A stretch of DNA of 64,000 nt from Octopus sinensis (Eukaryota), in contig NC_043011.1 of assembly GCF_006345805.1 (NCBI RefSeq), positions 32,624,464 through 32,688,463 of the forward strand, in the 5' to 3' direction. Below are positions 1 through 12,045 of this stretch, one piece after another. How positions within the stretch are numbered: the first letter of the stretch is position 1; each line of letters starts with the position of its first letter. Below the pieces are notes generated by a model. That model saw nothing but the letters and a program-made list of their open reading frames with translations. It did no database searches and was not told the DNA's origin. A program made the position numbers and the translations under genes.

Positions 1-368
1 TGGCCCAGTGGTTAGGGCAGCGGACTCGCGGTCATAGGTTCGAGGTTTCGATTCCCAGACCGGGCGTTGTGAGTGTTTATTGAGCGAAAACACCTAAAGC
101 TCCACGAGGCTCCGGCAGGGGTGGTGGTGATCCCTGCTGTACTCTTTCACCACAACTTTCTCTAACTCTTCCTGTTTCTGTTGTACCTGTATTTCAAAGG
201 GCCGGCCTTGTCACTCTCTGTGTCACGCTGAATATCCCCGAGAACTACGTTAAGGGTACACGTGTCTGTGGAGTGCTCAGCCACTTACACGTTAATTTCA
301 CGAGCAGGCTGTTCCGTTTATTCGGATCAACCGGAACCCTCGTCGTCGTAACCGACGGAGTGCTTCCA
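1..368 (+). mobile_element. tRNA-derived SINE, family C (head + central domain + 3' tail type 1); first bases cut by window edge
   Basis: A-box-like TGGCCCAGTGGTTAG and B-box-like GGTTTCGATTCCC. The same head and central domain recur on the minus strand at ~25.6-25.9 kb, 46.3-46.46 kb and 62.96-63.16 kb. Confidence 0.85.
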
Positions 369-570
369 TGCTTGTTTGTGTTGGTTTGTTACTATTGTTG
401 CCATTTTTTTCCTTTGGTTGATCCCGAGTCTACTCAGAGACTAAAGAGACCAAGGCTCAAACACTTCCTGGCCACAACTATCCTGTCTTTTACCTAATCA
501 AAGTACACACAGTCAGGGTAGAACATTACGAATTTTACCGTTGTCTAAGATGGTTAGGGTCACTTTATTT

Positions 571-801
571 TTTACTTGTTTTAGTTACTGGACGGCAGCC
601 ATGTTTGGGCACCTCTTTGAAGACTTAAGACGAACGAATAAACCTAAGTTCTTACTTTCTTGAAATCTGGTGCTTACTGTGTCGGTTACTTGTGCCGAAC
701 CGCTAAGTTACGGGAACGTAAACAAGGCAATACTGATTATCAAGCGGTGGGGGGTAGGAGAGACAAACACAAACAAAAACACATACACTCATACACATAC
801 A

Positions 802-851
<50 letters not shown>

Positions 852-1339
852 ACATACTTACACGCACACACACACACAAGCACACATATAAATAGAAAAA
901 TTATTATTTCTAAATCTATCAACAAGAGACATTCTGTGACGATACCCTAAAGTAAAGATTGTTTGCCAACATAATATAGCAGTCTTGGCTGGGACGAATG
1001 TTACTGTTATTTAGCTCCAGGAAATATCGTGTCCAGCTGGTTATACGATACACAATCTACAGATTGTGTATCGTATAGCCAGCGGGAGACGATGTTTCCT
1101 AGGGCTAAATAATAGTAACATTCGTCCTAACCGGGACTGCCACATTATGTTGGCAAATAATCATTTGTGTGTGTGTGTATAATATATATATATATATATA
1201 TATATATCAAGATTAATCAGCTGAAATTGCGAGGATGATCGGTTTTGACTGAAGATTGAAGGCTTCGAATGTCCCGTCCGTGTTTTTTGTATCGTCTTCT
1301 AAATGTTTTGCGTTCTTGTCCCAGTTTGTATTTTTTTAC

Positions 1340-1383
<44 letters not shown>

Positions 1384-1479
1384 ATTTAGGAATGGTCATG
1401 TTGCCAGTTTAGCCAATAAACACGCACACACGCACACACACACACACGCACACACAAACACACACACATACACACACAT

Positions 1480-1516
<37 letters not shown>

Positions 1517-1680
1517 CATATATGACTGGCTTCTTTCAGTTTCCGTTTACCAGATCCATTCACAAGGCTTTAGTTGGTCTGGGGTTGTAGAAGAAGACAC
1601 TTGGGGTCAAAGTGCCTCCACCGTGAGACTGAACCAGGAACCGTGTGGTTGAAAAGCAAACTTTTTACCACACAGTCATC
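571..1680 (-). mobile_element. Old SINE family B copy split by its expanded internal microsatellite and nested insertions
   Basis: 3' half at ~571-800 and 5' half at ~1524-1680 both match family B on the minus strand. Between them lie (TA)n/(CA)n tracts and a palindromic element. Confidence 0.6.
957..1162. mobile_element. Fold-back (palindromic) MITE-like element
   Basis: 962-1058 is the reverse complement of 1061-1157 (about 13 mismatches in 97 bp), with a 2-nt loop. Confidence 0.75.
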
Positions 1681-1720
1681 CATCCATACATACATACATA
1701 TATGTGTGTGTGTGTGTGTA

Positions 1721-1760
<40 letters not shown>

Positions 1761-2575
1761 TGTGTGTGTGTACATATTCTTTCACTTCATTCAGTCATTA
1801 GACTGCGGCCATGCTGGGGCACCACCTTGAAGGATTTAAGTTAAACATATCGATCCCGGTACTCAATTTTTTTCTTTTGAAGCTTGGTATTTGATCTATC
1901 GGACTCCCTTGCCGAACCGCTAGGTTAACTGGGATGTAAACACACCAACACCGGTTGTCAAGCGGTGGTGGGAGATAAACACAAACATAAAGATGATCGG
2001 AAGTATAATTTCGAAGTAGTCATGGTGTCATAGTGAGAATTTGATCAGACTTTGCTGTCAGATAAATAAGAATTTCTTTCCAAATATAAATGAAGTGAAA
2101 ATATACAAAAATAATTATTATTTTCAATCTTACATTTAGTTTTGTTTCATTTTGATAAATAAAAATTTATTTTATGGTTTATTATTGAGTACATTTTGAA
2201 TTACATGCATATGAGGACACCAATATCTTTAAAGTACTTAAAGCCTCCATGGGTCTTTATGCAGCCCAGCCTGCGAATTAAAAGAGGTTAAACAATGCTG
2301 ACGAGCATGGTACTAGAGCGACAGCAAAGCATTTTTGGAACACTACCTTATTAGCAAAAATCTGTTATTGTTTTTTTTTATTGTTTTTTTTTCATTATTA
2401 AGCAGAAGGGCTGAAATTTGTGGTGAGGGAGCTAGTCGATTACAGAGACCCCCAGTGCTCGGCTGGTTCTTATTTTATCGATCCTGAACAGATAAAAGGC
2501 AAAATCGACCTCGGTGATATTTGACCTCAGAACGTAAAGACGGGCAAAAAGACGCTAAGTAATTGTCACGTAAAT

Positions 2576-2830
2576 GCGCGTGGCTTACTGGTTAGCGTGT
2601 TGAACTCATGATCGTAAGATTGTGGTTTCGATTCCTGGACCGGGCGACGCGTTGTGTTCTTGAGCAAAACACTTCATTTTACGTTGCTCCAGTCCAGTCA
2701 ACTGGCAAAAATGGGTAATCCTGAGACAGACCGTCGTCCTGTCCAGGTGTGTGTGTGGGGGGGGGGGTTATACGCCATGGAAACCGGCAAGCCGGCCCTT
2801 ATGAATCGACATAATTTGAGAAGGTGACTT
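2576..2830 (+). mobile_element. tRNA-derived SINE, family D (CORE-like centre, tail type 2), inserted inside a minus-strand family A SINE (~2390-2885)
   Basis: Head GCGCGTGGCTTACTGGTTAG...GGTTTCGATTCC; CORE-like GTGTTCTTGAGCAAAACACTT. Family A sequence resumes on the right at ~2845. Confidence 0.7.
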
Positions 2831-3113
2831 TGCCTTATTTTTTTTAAAGTATTTTATCAGGCGAGCTAACGATTCTGCCACCTCAGTACCTTTGGTGTTA
2901 AATAATATCAACTTCAAATTTTGGCACAAGCCAATTTCAGGAATGGGCTAAGTCGACTACATCGACCTCAGTGCTCAATTGGTATCTTTTTTTTTTCTAT
3001 CAACCTCGAATGAGGAAAGGCAGAAGTCGATCCCGGCGGCATTTGCCGCTAAGCATTTTTGTTCGGCGCAGTAACGATTCTGCCAGCCCACCGCCTTACT
3101 TCAGAATGAAAAA

Positions 3114-4064
3114 TACAGGGTGTCCCCCAAAATTTGTTGTCTGTAGGCGTAGGAGTGGCTGTGTAGTAAGTAGCTTGCTTACGAACCACATGGTTCCGAG
3201 TTCAATCCCACTGCGTGACACTTTGGGTAAGTGTCTTCTATTAAAGCCTCGGGCCGACCAAAGCCTTGTGAGTGGATTTGGTAGACGGAAACTGAAAGAA
3301 GCCCGTCGTATATATGTATATATGTGTATGTGTGTGTATATGGTTGTGTGTCTGTGGTTGTCTCCCAACATCGCTTGACAACCGATGCTGGTGTGTTTAC
3401 GTCTCCGTAACTTAGCGGTTCGGCAAAAGAGACCGATAGAATAAGTACTAGGCTTACAAAGAATAAGTCCTGGGGTCGATTTGCTCGACTAAAGGCAGTG
3501 TTCCAGCATGGCCGCAGTCAAATGACTGAAACAAGTTAAAGAGAAAAAGAGTAATAATATAGCCAATTCTCACTCAAATTATCTCAGATTTTAACAATTT
3601 TGTGTAAAAGCTAAGTTTGTATCGGGCATGCCAGTGATACTGGCAATGTGCTGTTGAAATAGCCACCACGTTCACCTGACTTGACACTATGTGATTCTTT
3701 TCTATGGGGCTATGTGAAAGGAGTGGTCTATATCCCACCTCTTCCTATAAGCCTAGAGGAACTCAAGCAGAAAGTCACTGAGGTGCTGGAGAATGTTACG
3801 CAAGACATGCTACTGTATGTCTGGCAGAAGCAGGACTACCGACTTGACGTGTATCGTGTCACTGGCGGTGAGCAGATTGAACATTTGTGAAGCTTTGTGA
3901 AATCGGTTATAAAATCTACATCCCTCTGAATGTCTTATTCGAATTTTGATAAATAAATCTTTTATTGTTCAACATGAAGCTTACTTAATTTCTTTTGCCT
4001 CGGACACGTATTCACTCAGATATTCACACTTCAAATGATGTCAATGTTTTTGGGACATTCTGTA
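3114..4064 (+). mobile_element. Internally deleted Tc1/mariner-superfamily element carrying a transposase C-terminal remnant, interrupted by a SINE
   Basis: TIR-like TACAGGGTGTCCCCCAAA at 3114 and TTTTTGGGACATTCTGTA ending at 4064. The remnant reads PPRSPDLTLCDSFLWGYVK...IEHL* (ORF 3681-3890). Confidence 0.75.
3145..3550 (+). mobile_element. SINE family B (tRNA head, CORE-like block, internal microsatellite, (GTAAAAGA)n-type tail)
   Basis: GGCGTAGGAGTGGCTGTGTAGTAAG head, GGTTCCGAGTTCAATCCC B-box region, TTGGGTAAGTGTCTT, 3' GCAGTCAAATGACTGAAACAAG. Confidence 0.9.
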
Positions 4065-4926
4065 AGAAAATGGAAAAAGTCAAAAAACAACTATAATTTC
4101 AGATTGTTAAAATGATATAAAGCTAACCGTCGTTCCACAGCCTCACATTAGTCACAAAGCTTGAAAAGGATTTTAAAAAGAAATAAAATATACAAAATGA
4201 ATGATAAATGAGAGGAGCGCAGTGAAAGACGTTTCAACCGAAATGACAAATGAAATCAGAAGATTGGAAATAGAATTGGGGATTTGGGGGTTTAAAGGGA
4301 CATAAGGTTGGTGTCACCGGTTCGTAGAAAGGCAAGCTTTATCACTGCCAACAAAGGCATCCATTGGATGGAAAATGCCAACGAATAAATGAAAGCAAAA
4401 TATGAGAATATCATAGTCTCTGAAGATGATTTAACGGAGTTATTTTTTTCCCTACTTTTTTTTTCTGCTTTTTATTTTCATTTTTATTTCTATTTTTCAG
4501 TCACTGAATATTGATAGTTTTCTAATAATGCAGTTATTGTTTTTGTTTATTATCAATCGTACTTGCAACTCGTTCGTTTATAAAAATGCTTTATGTAATT
4601 GATAAGCCCTTTCATATTCTATAGTAATGCTTCACTATTGTTTTCGTGTACGGCTTGATATTTTCACTGTAAAATGCCTGTTCTACTTGTCTGACTTTCC
4701 CTACATTACGTTCAGCTATACTGGAAACATGCTTTCTGTGAAAGCGTTTTCTGCTATTACGTTCTTATGGCTTATTATTGCATTCATATGTGATTTTTGT
4801 TTTCTACCGTAAATGGACTCCTTGTCTTTCTTGTCTGATGAACAAATTTACCGATATTTTCATCTCTAAATGTTGTTTGTCCTTCGAAAGTGTATTCTGC
4901 TGTTTTTGCTTTCTTTTTACAGATTG

Positions 4927-4945
4927 CATTATTATTATTATTATT

Positions 4946-4986
<41 letters not shown>

Positions 4987-5015
4987 TATCATCATCATCA
5001 TTATTATCATTATTA

Positions 5016-5076
<61 letters not shown>
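4927..5076. repeat. (ATT)n/(CAT)n trinucleotide microsatellite
   Basis: Direct reading; it explains the poly-Ile/His/Tyr ORFs. Confidence 0.95.
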
Positions 5077-5078
<2 letters not shown>

Positions 5079-5353
5079 TTTCAAATTTGCTTCCATTTCT
5101 TGCCGAGCGTCTTCCCGACTCCAAGGGCAAAGAAACTCATAGTATACATTGGTAGGCCATTAAACCAAACTCAATAGTTCGTTCTTCTTTTTTTTTTAAG
5201 GTTAAATTAAAATACATGGGCAGTAACAGCTCTCACAGCGACAATGCTCTTCTCAATACGTGTGATGTACCAGTTAAGACAATATTTTGCACTTCTTGCA
5301 GGGATGGTAAGCCAGGGATCATTCTCATATAATTTTCGGTTCCCTTCTTGATC

Positions 5354-5424
<71 letters not shown>

Positions 5425-5425
<1 letters not shown>

Positions 5426-5641
5426 GGCGACGAACTGGCAGGATCGTTAGCCCGCTGGACGAAATGCTTAGCGAAATGTATTTCGCCAGTCCCTATGGTC
5501 TGAGTTCAAATTCTGCCGAGATCAACTTTGCCTTTCATCCTTTCGGGGTCGATAAATTAAGTACCAGTTGCGGACTGGGGTCGATATAATCGACTGGCCC
5601 CCTCCTCCAAAATTTCAGGCCTTATGCCTTTAATAGAAAGG

Positions 5642-5645
<4 letters not shown>
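5425..5645 (+). mobile_element. SINE family A, tail beta, followed by an (ATT)n tail to ~5777
   Basis: AGGCGACGAACTGGCAGGATCGTTAG head, GAGTTCAAATTC B-box, CCCCTCCTCCAAAATTTCAGGCC...AGAAAGG(ATT)n. Confidence 0.85.
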
Positions 5646-5696
<51 letters not shown>

Positions 5697-5711
5697 GTAT
5701 TTTTATTTTTA

Positions 5712-5779
<68 letters not shown>

Positions 5780-5800
5780 TATGTTAGACTTTTGCTTTAT

Positions 5801-6160
5801 GTGTGGCTGTGTGGTAAGTAGCTTGCTAACCAACCACATGGTTCCGGGTTCAGTCCCACTGCGTGGCATCTTGGGCAAGTGTCTTCTGCTACAGCCCCGG
5901 GCCGACCACTGCGGATTTGGTAGACGGAAACTGAAAGAAGCCCGTCGTATATATGTATATATAAATGTGTGTGTATATGTTTGTGTGCCTGTGTTTGTCC
6001 CCCTAGCATTGCTTGACAACCGATGCTGGTGTGTTTACGTCCCCGCCACTTAGCGGTTCGGCAAAAGAGACCGATAGAATAAGTACTGGGCTTGCAAAGA
6101 ATAAGGCGGTGCTCCAGCATGGCCGCAGTCAAATGACTGAAACAAGTAAAAGAGTAAAGA
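5801..6160 (+). mobile_element. SINE family B
   Basis: Near full-length match to the other family B copies. Confidence 0.9.
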
Positions 6161-6180
6161 GAGAGAGAGAGAGAGAGAGA

Positions 6181-6725
6181 GTATGTCTGCACAAGTTGGC
6201 TCCAAGTCTCACCCAGAGACAACAGGTTGGAAGTTCACGTTGTTGTTATGCCTAGTGTGCCATATATTTGGGTCTTTTTTTTTTGGTGTTGTACTATTGA
6301 ATGTCTAATAAATAAATTAGAAAAAAAAAAAGTTTGTTTTAAACCTTGGGATTACATAGAGAGTATTTTGCGTAGGATATGAGCAGTTCCCATGAGCACT
6401 ATCTTTTGAATTTCTGCCATTTTGGGGTTTCCTGGTATCTGAGTTAGGTAGCAATCAGCCCCTTCGCGCTATCATTCCCAGGGCACCTATGACAACAGGT
6501 ATTGTTTTAGTCTTCAGGTTCCACATTTTGCTGATTTCTATTTCAAGATCTTTATATTTGCTCAGTTTTTGGTAGGTCTTGACAGATACGTTTATATCGA
6601 TTGGGACAGTCATATCAATGAGGAGGCATGTTCTTTGTTTGAAGTCTTTCAATATGATGTCTGGCCTATTTGCATCTATCTTTCTGTCAGTTTGAATGGT
6701 GAAGTTCCAGAGGAGTGAGATGTGG

Positions 6726-6727
<2 letters not shown>
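6181..6727 (-). mobile_element. 5'-truncated non-LTR retrotransposon 3' end with a restriction-like endonuclease domain (R4/Dong-like)
   Basis: Minus ORF reads LLWNFTIQTDRKIDANRPDIIL...IDMTVPIDINV...K..KYKDLEIEISKMW...PVVIGALG. After a frameshift it continues ...IQKIVLMGTAHILRKILSM*. These are RLE (PD..D/ExK-type) C-terminal motifs. Confidence 0.85.
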
Positions 6728-6795
<68 letters not shown>

Positions 6796-6864
6796 GGCGG
6801 AGAATTGGCACCAGTATTTCGCTCGTCGCTACGTTCTGAGTTCAAATTCGTAGGTAAAAATTAT

Positions 6865-7085
6865 GAAATTAACGTGCAAGTGGCTGAGTACGCCACATAG
6901 TTGTTTTCAGGGAGATCCATCATAACATAGAATGTGACAAAACTGGTCCTTTAAATTACAGGTACTACTCATTTTTGCCAGCTGAGTGGACTGGAGCAAT
7001 GTGAAATAAAGTGTCTTGCTCAAGGACACACTGCATCGCTTGGAATCGAAATCACGACCATAGGATCATGAACCGATTATCCTAA
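6865..7085 (-). mobile_element. SINE family D with tail type 1
   Basis: Reverse complement shows the family D centre (GTGTCCTTGAGCAAGACACTT...CAGCTGGCAAAAATGAGTA) joined to the tail seen at 185-300 (...CTCAGCCACTTGCACGTTAATTTC). Confidence 0.7.
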
Positions 7086-7209
7086 ATGTATGTGTAAAGT
7101 CATGCGCCTTTACACATACATATACACAGTGGAAAAAATATACATCATTTGTTTCCTACGTGCGTTCCACCGTTGTGGTTGTTTGGAACATTTGCAGTGG
7201 ATGTTATAA

Positions 7210-7416
7210 TCCTCTCTACTAAAGGTACAAGGCCTGAAATTTACAGGGAGTGTACTACATTGACCCCAGTGTTTCACTGATATTTGATTTATCGACCCCG
7301 AAAGGATGAAAGACAAAGTCGACCTCGGCGAAATTTGAACGCAGAACGTAGTGACGGGTGAAACACCTTTAAGTATTTCGTCCAGCGTGGTAATGTTTCT
7401 GCCAGCTCGCCGCCTT
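7210..7416 (-). mobile_element. SINE family A, tail beta
   Basis: Reverse complement of the family A consensus, ending GCCAGCTCGCCGCCTT. Confidence 0.85.
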
Positions 7417-7429
7417 AAAGTGTTTGAGA

Positions 7430-7548
7430 TGCTTACAGCCCCTAAGCTTTCCAAGCGGTCATCCATCTAAGTACTAACTAGGTTCGACGTTGCTTAACTT
7501 CGGTACTCAAATGAGAACCGGTGCATTTAACGTGGTATGGCCGTAAGC
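7430..7548 (-). pseudogene. Full-length (~119 nt) 5S rRNA-like copy, probably a pseudogene
   Basis: Reverse complement is GCTTACGGCCATACCACGTTAAATGCACCGGTTCTC...CCGAAGTTAAGCAACGTCG...GTTAGTACTTAGATGGATGACCGCTTGGAAAGC...GCTGTAAGCA. Box A is intact, box C is altered, and no T-run terminator follows. Confidence 0.85.
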
Positions 7549-7914
7549 GCAGTGGATGCAATAAAGTGTTCCCCCTGATGATCTGCCGTGGTTAAGCGTT
7601 TAGTTGCACGTGGAACATCCAATGCAGAGATTCCAAGCAACAACAACAGTGAAACGGACGTAGGAGGAAATTATATAAACTTGTGTTTATCATTATTTCC
7701 CCTAAATTTTCTCCGTATGACATAACTGGTTTTACTGTTGGGTATACGAGTAGTAATCAGACGGAAATCAGACTGGATGATGATAATGTACGTGAGGACC
7801 TAAATTCAAAACGTAGTTGTCGTACATCTAACTGTACATACAAGATATACATGTGCACACACGCGCGCGCACACACACACATTCACACTCTCTCTCTCTC
7901 TCTCTCACACACAC

Positions 7915-8019
7915 AGATAGATAAATAGATAGATAGTTGCATACATACATAATACATATATACATACATATACACACATAGACATACACACACATAGATA
8001 GATAGACAGACAGACAGGC

Positions 8020-8054
<35 letters not shown>

Positions 8055-8063
8055 TAGACAGAC

Positions 8064-8134
<71 letters not shown>

Positions 8135-8165
8135 CAGGCAGACAGGCAGACAGACAGATATATAG
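7915..8165. repeat. (GATA)n/(GACA)n tetranucleotide microsatellite
   Basis: Direct reading. Confidence 0.95.
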
Positions 8166-8694
8166 ATAAAGATATATAGGTGTATAGATATATACATACA
8201 TACTAACATACATACACAAACACACACGCACACACACATTGCTGATGTCATAAGAATTTTTATAAACTTTAAGAGAACAGAAAATCATTCTCTTTTGGGA
8301 TGTTGGATCTCGAAGCAGACAAGCTATAAATAACAGTGTTCTCTTGAAGTTTACAGAACTTATGAAGTCATCAACAACGTACAATTCTCGTTGGTAAGAA
8401 TAAAATTTTAAAATGAATGGAGAAATTCGAAGCATTGCTTTGGGCCCAATGTTTGAACGCTTGTTATATTTACAGGAGATGTGGTTTCGACAATATGTAT
8501 CCAAAGGGATTTTTAACTCAATATTTACGCGATATTACTTATAGATTACCTAAAGCGATGTTGATGGCAGAATCGTTAACTCGTCGGACAAAATTTCTTA
8601 GCGGCATCTCTCCTGTTTTTATGTTCTGAATCCAAATTCTACCGAGAACAACTTTGCCTTTTATACTTTCCGGTGTTGATCTAATTGACTAGCC

Positions 8695-9038
8695 CAGGGG
8701 TTCTAAACCTTTTTTTTTTTTTTACCTAAGGACCCCTTTGATTGCTATCTTATTCTGGTGAACCCCCATAGCTATCTAATGTTTAAAAACTACGTTTATT
8801 GAAAATTCTTTCAAAAGTTCCTGTTTATATTTCACACGTTAAATTATGTAAAATGTTCGAGAAAGAAACTTAGCTGTTTCTGGAAGAACATACCATTACA
8901 TACATCTAAAGCAACATTTTTTCAGGGGCCCTTAAAATACTATTGTGGTTCCTCCAAATAACTATTTTGTTGCACGGACCCCCCAAAAATCTGATGTGGA
9001 CTCTCAGGAACCATATGAATGCTGGTCGAAAATCACTG
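8695..9038. mobile_element. hAT-like MITE inserted in a family A SINE
   Basis: Ends CAGGGGTTCTAAACC / GGTCGAAAATCACTG. The 8-bp flanks GACTAGCC / AATTAGCC match 6 of 8. The SINE tail resumes immediately after. Confidence 0.55.
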
Positions 9039-9151
9039 AATTAGCCCTTCCCCCACAATTTCAGGCCTTGTGCCAAAAGTAGAAAGGATTATTTATGGCT
9101 TATTTGCATGAAAATCCAACATTCCCAAAAACAATTAGTTACACACACACA

Positions 9152-9337
9152 TACACGAAGTGCTGAAAAATTCCTGGCTTTGGGTAAAAGAAAATATGGG
9201 CGGATCAGTTAATTATGATTTTTATTCAGCATATTCACTTCTCAGAGTCTCACACTTACTGCAGCGGTCCTTTAAGTTTTCTAAGCCCTGAAAGGCGTTT
9301 CGCGATACCCTAAAGTCAGGTACTTTTCAGCATCCCT

Positions 9338-9341
<4 letters not shown>
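9152..9341. mobile_element. Small mariner-type MITE
   Basis: Imperfect TIRs GTGCTGAAAAATTCCTGGCTTT / AAAGTCAGGTACTTTTCAGCAT with TA flanks. Confidence 0.6.
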
Positions 9342-9372
<31 letters not shown>

Positions 9373-9662
9373 TATATATGTATATATATATATTGACCAT
9401 GTCTTTGTACTTGTATAATGGGTAGGTCATCAACAGGGATCTTCATAGATTGCAGCTTCAAAGTGTGCGATATGCTAAAATGCATGAAAACGAAAAAAAT
9501 ATCTTGATTCTGTTAGAATTAAGGAAAAAATGATGAAGAAAAACTTAGAAGATAACGCATATTGATTTAAATGCATTAAATATATCACCCTTTATATAGG
9601 TGAGAGTGTATATTTGTATGCATAGGAGAAAGAAAAACGAAAAAGAAACAGATATATATATG

Positions 9663-9708
<46 letters not shown>

Positions 9709-9773
9709 TCACACACCACACACAAACACACACACACACACACACCACATATATATATATATATATATATATA

Positions 9774-9847
<74 letters not shown>

Positions 9848-10292
9848 GTGTATGTAGGCATGTGTGTGCGTGTGTGTAGTATATGTATATTTTATGCGTT
9901 TTAAAACAAACGCTTACGTGGAATATCGATAATCGAAAGCCAATATTACATAATTAAAATCTCTATCGGTCAATCGCCTGTAGAATTTAAACCAAGAATG
10001 TTGTTCAACAGTATTTGTACCAAGGGAAACAACTTGTTACATTTTATACAGTGTTATCAATAAAAAAAAAACGGTTGATTCTCATTCTTATATTAGAGTA
10101 ATTTTTTTCGTTTTTTCCTTTGCTCTTCTTTCTTTTCTTTATATGTGTATGTGTGTGAATATATATACACACACACATATATATGTGTGTGTGTGTGTAT
10201 ATATGTATGTATGCATATATATATATATACATATATACATTTATATTATGCATATATATATATACATATATATATATACATATATATATATC

Positions 10293-10523
10293 AAGGCGGC
10301 GAGCTGGCAGAAACGTTAGCACACCGGGCGAAATGCTTAGCGGTATTGCGTCTGTCGTTGCGTTCTGAGTTCAAATTCCGCCGAGGTCGACTTTGCCTTT
10401 CATCCGTTCGGGGTCGATAAATTAAGTACCAGTTACGCACTGGGGTCAATGTAATCGACTTAATCCGTTTATCTGTCCTTGTTTGTCCCCTCTATGTTTA
10501 GCCCCTTGTGGGCAATAAAGAAA
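10293..10523 (+). mobile_element. SINE family A, tail alpha
   Basis: Full head plus tail ...GTTTGTCCCCTCTATGTTTAGCCCCTTGTGGGCAATAAAGAAA. Confidence 0.9.
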
Positions 10524-10607
10524 CATGTATAATATATATATATATATATATATGCTTAGCGTAACTTGCTTTTTGACTAGAAAATATATGTATTTATGAA
10601 TAAATAC

Positions 10608-11418
10608 AGGCGCAGACGTGAATGTGCAGTAAGAAGCTTGCTTTCCAGTCATGAGGGCTTCGGTTCAGTCCTACCGCGCAGCACTTTCGACAAGTGACTT
10701 CCACTACAGCTCTGGGCCAACAAACCCTTTGTGAGGGAATCTGGAAGATGGAAACTGAAAGAAGTCCATCATATAAATACATGTAAATATATTTTGTGTG
10801 TGTGTCTTTGAATTTGTGCTTGTGTTCCACCCCCGCTTAATAATTGGTGTTGGTTTATTGACATCCCTGTTATCTAGCTATACGACAAAAAAGTCACCGA
10901 TAGAATGAGTGCCAAAATTTGTACCGGAGTTGATCTGTTCTATTTAACGCTTCAAGGCGGTGCACCAGCATGGCCGCAGTCCAGTGTCTGAGAGAACTTA
11001 CTTTTACTTACTTTTTAACTCTTTTACTTGTTTCAGTCATTTGACTGCGGCCATGCTGGAGCACCGCCTTTAGTCGAGCAAATCGACCCCGGGGCTTATT
11101 CTTTGTAAGCCGAGTACTTATTCTACCGGTTTCTTTTGCCGAACCGCTAAGTAACGGGGACATAAACACACCAGCATCGGTTGTCAAGCAATGCTAGGGG
11201 GACAAACACAGACCCACAAACATACACACACACACACATATATATACATATATGCGACGGGCTTCTTTCAGTTTCCGTCTACCAAATCCACTCACAAGGC
11301 TTTGGTCGGCCCGAGGCTATAGTAAAAGACACTTGCCCAAGATGCCACGCAGTGGGACTGAACCCGGAACCATGTGGCTGGTAAGCTGCTACTTACCACA
11401 CAACCACTCCTGCGCCTA
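10608..11418. mobile_element. Tail-to-tail pair of family B SINEs (older + copy ~10608-10995; younger - copy ~10997-11418)
   Basis: Each copy matches the family B consensus, in opposite orientations. Confidence 0.85.
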
Positions 11419-12045
11419 TAAACATGATTCATTGAGTTTGAAGATAAAAGCAGGAAGTGAAATTTATAATGAGAAATTTGAAACGACGTGATCAAAAGAA
11501 TATGCAATGACAAGGGCGTTCAATCGTATGAAGTTCATTTTGCTCTATTGCGTGAAGATTTTTCACTAACTCAATGGTCCATTTTTCGGTATTTTCTGTA
11601 TGGTCACCATTTACAAGGATAGATATGACTTCATCAAACATAGAACCATGTATGGAACTTAACATAACTTTGAGAACGTTGTTTTTTTCAATATTATTTA
11701 AAGTATTTCGTCTGCCGTTGCGTTCTGAGTTCAAATTCCGCCGAGGTCGACTTTGCCTTTTATCTTTTCGGGGTCGATCATATAATTACCAGTTACGCAC
11801 TGGAATCGTTGTAATCCACTTAATCCCTTTGTCTGTCCTCGTTTAAAAACTTTGTCTGTCCTTGTTTAAGAACTGAAGAAGTTACCCTGCGACAGACTGG
11901 CGTCATGTTCGAGGGGAATGTGGACTTGGCCGCCTCGCCCTCGCCAGCGGGGTGGACATCATTCGAAAGTTACATCAATATGAGGAAGCGCATTGTGATC
12001 GGTGGTGTATAACAACAGTAAACAAATAAAGCAAATCTATGCATA

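Noticed and set aside
2971-3378. Recurrent ORFs such as 'RRASFSFRLPNPLTRLWSARG' / 'DGLLSVSVYQIHSQGFGRPEA' across the window
   Set aside because: These are translations of SINE family B in various frames, not a gene family.
7430-7548. Functional 5S rRNA gene or array
   Set aside because: Single copy, substitutions in box C and the 3' stem, and no Pol III terminator.
4838-7590. Other CTGATGA occurrences (~4836, ~7575) as hammerheads
   Set aside because: No downstream stem II-GAAA-stem III-UH arrangement.
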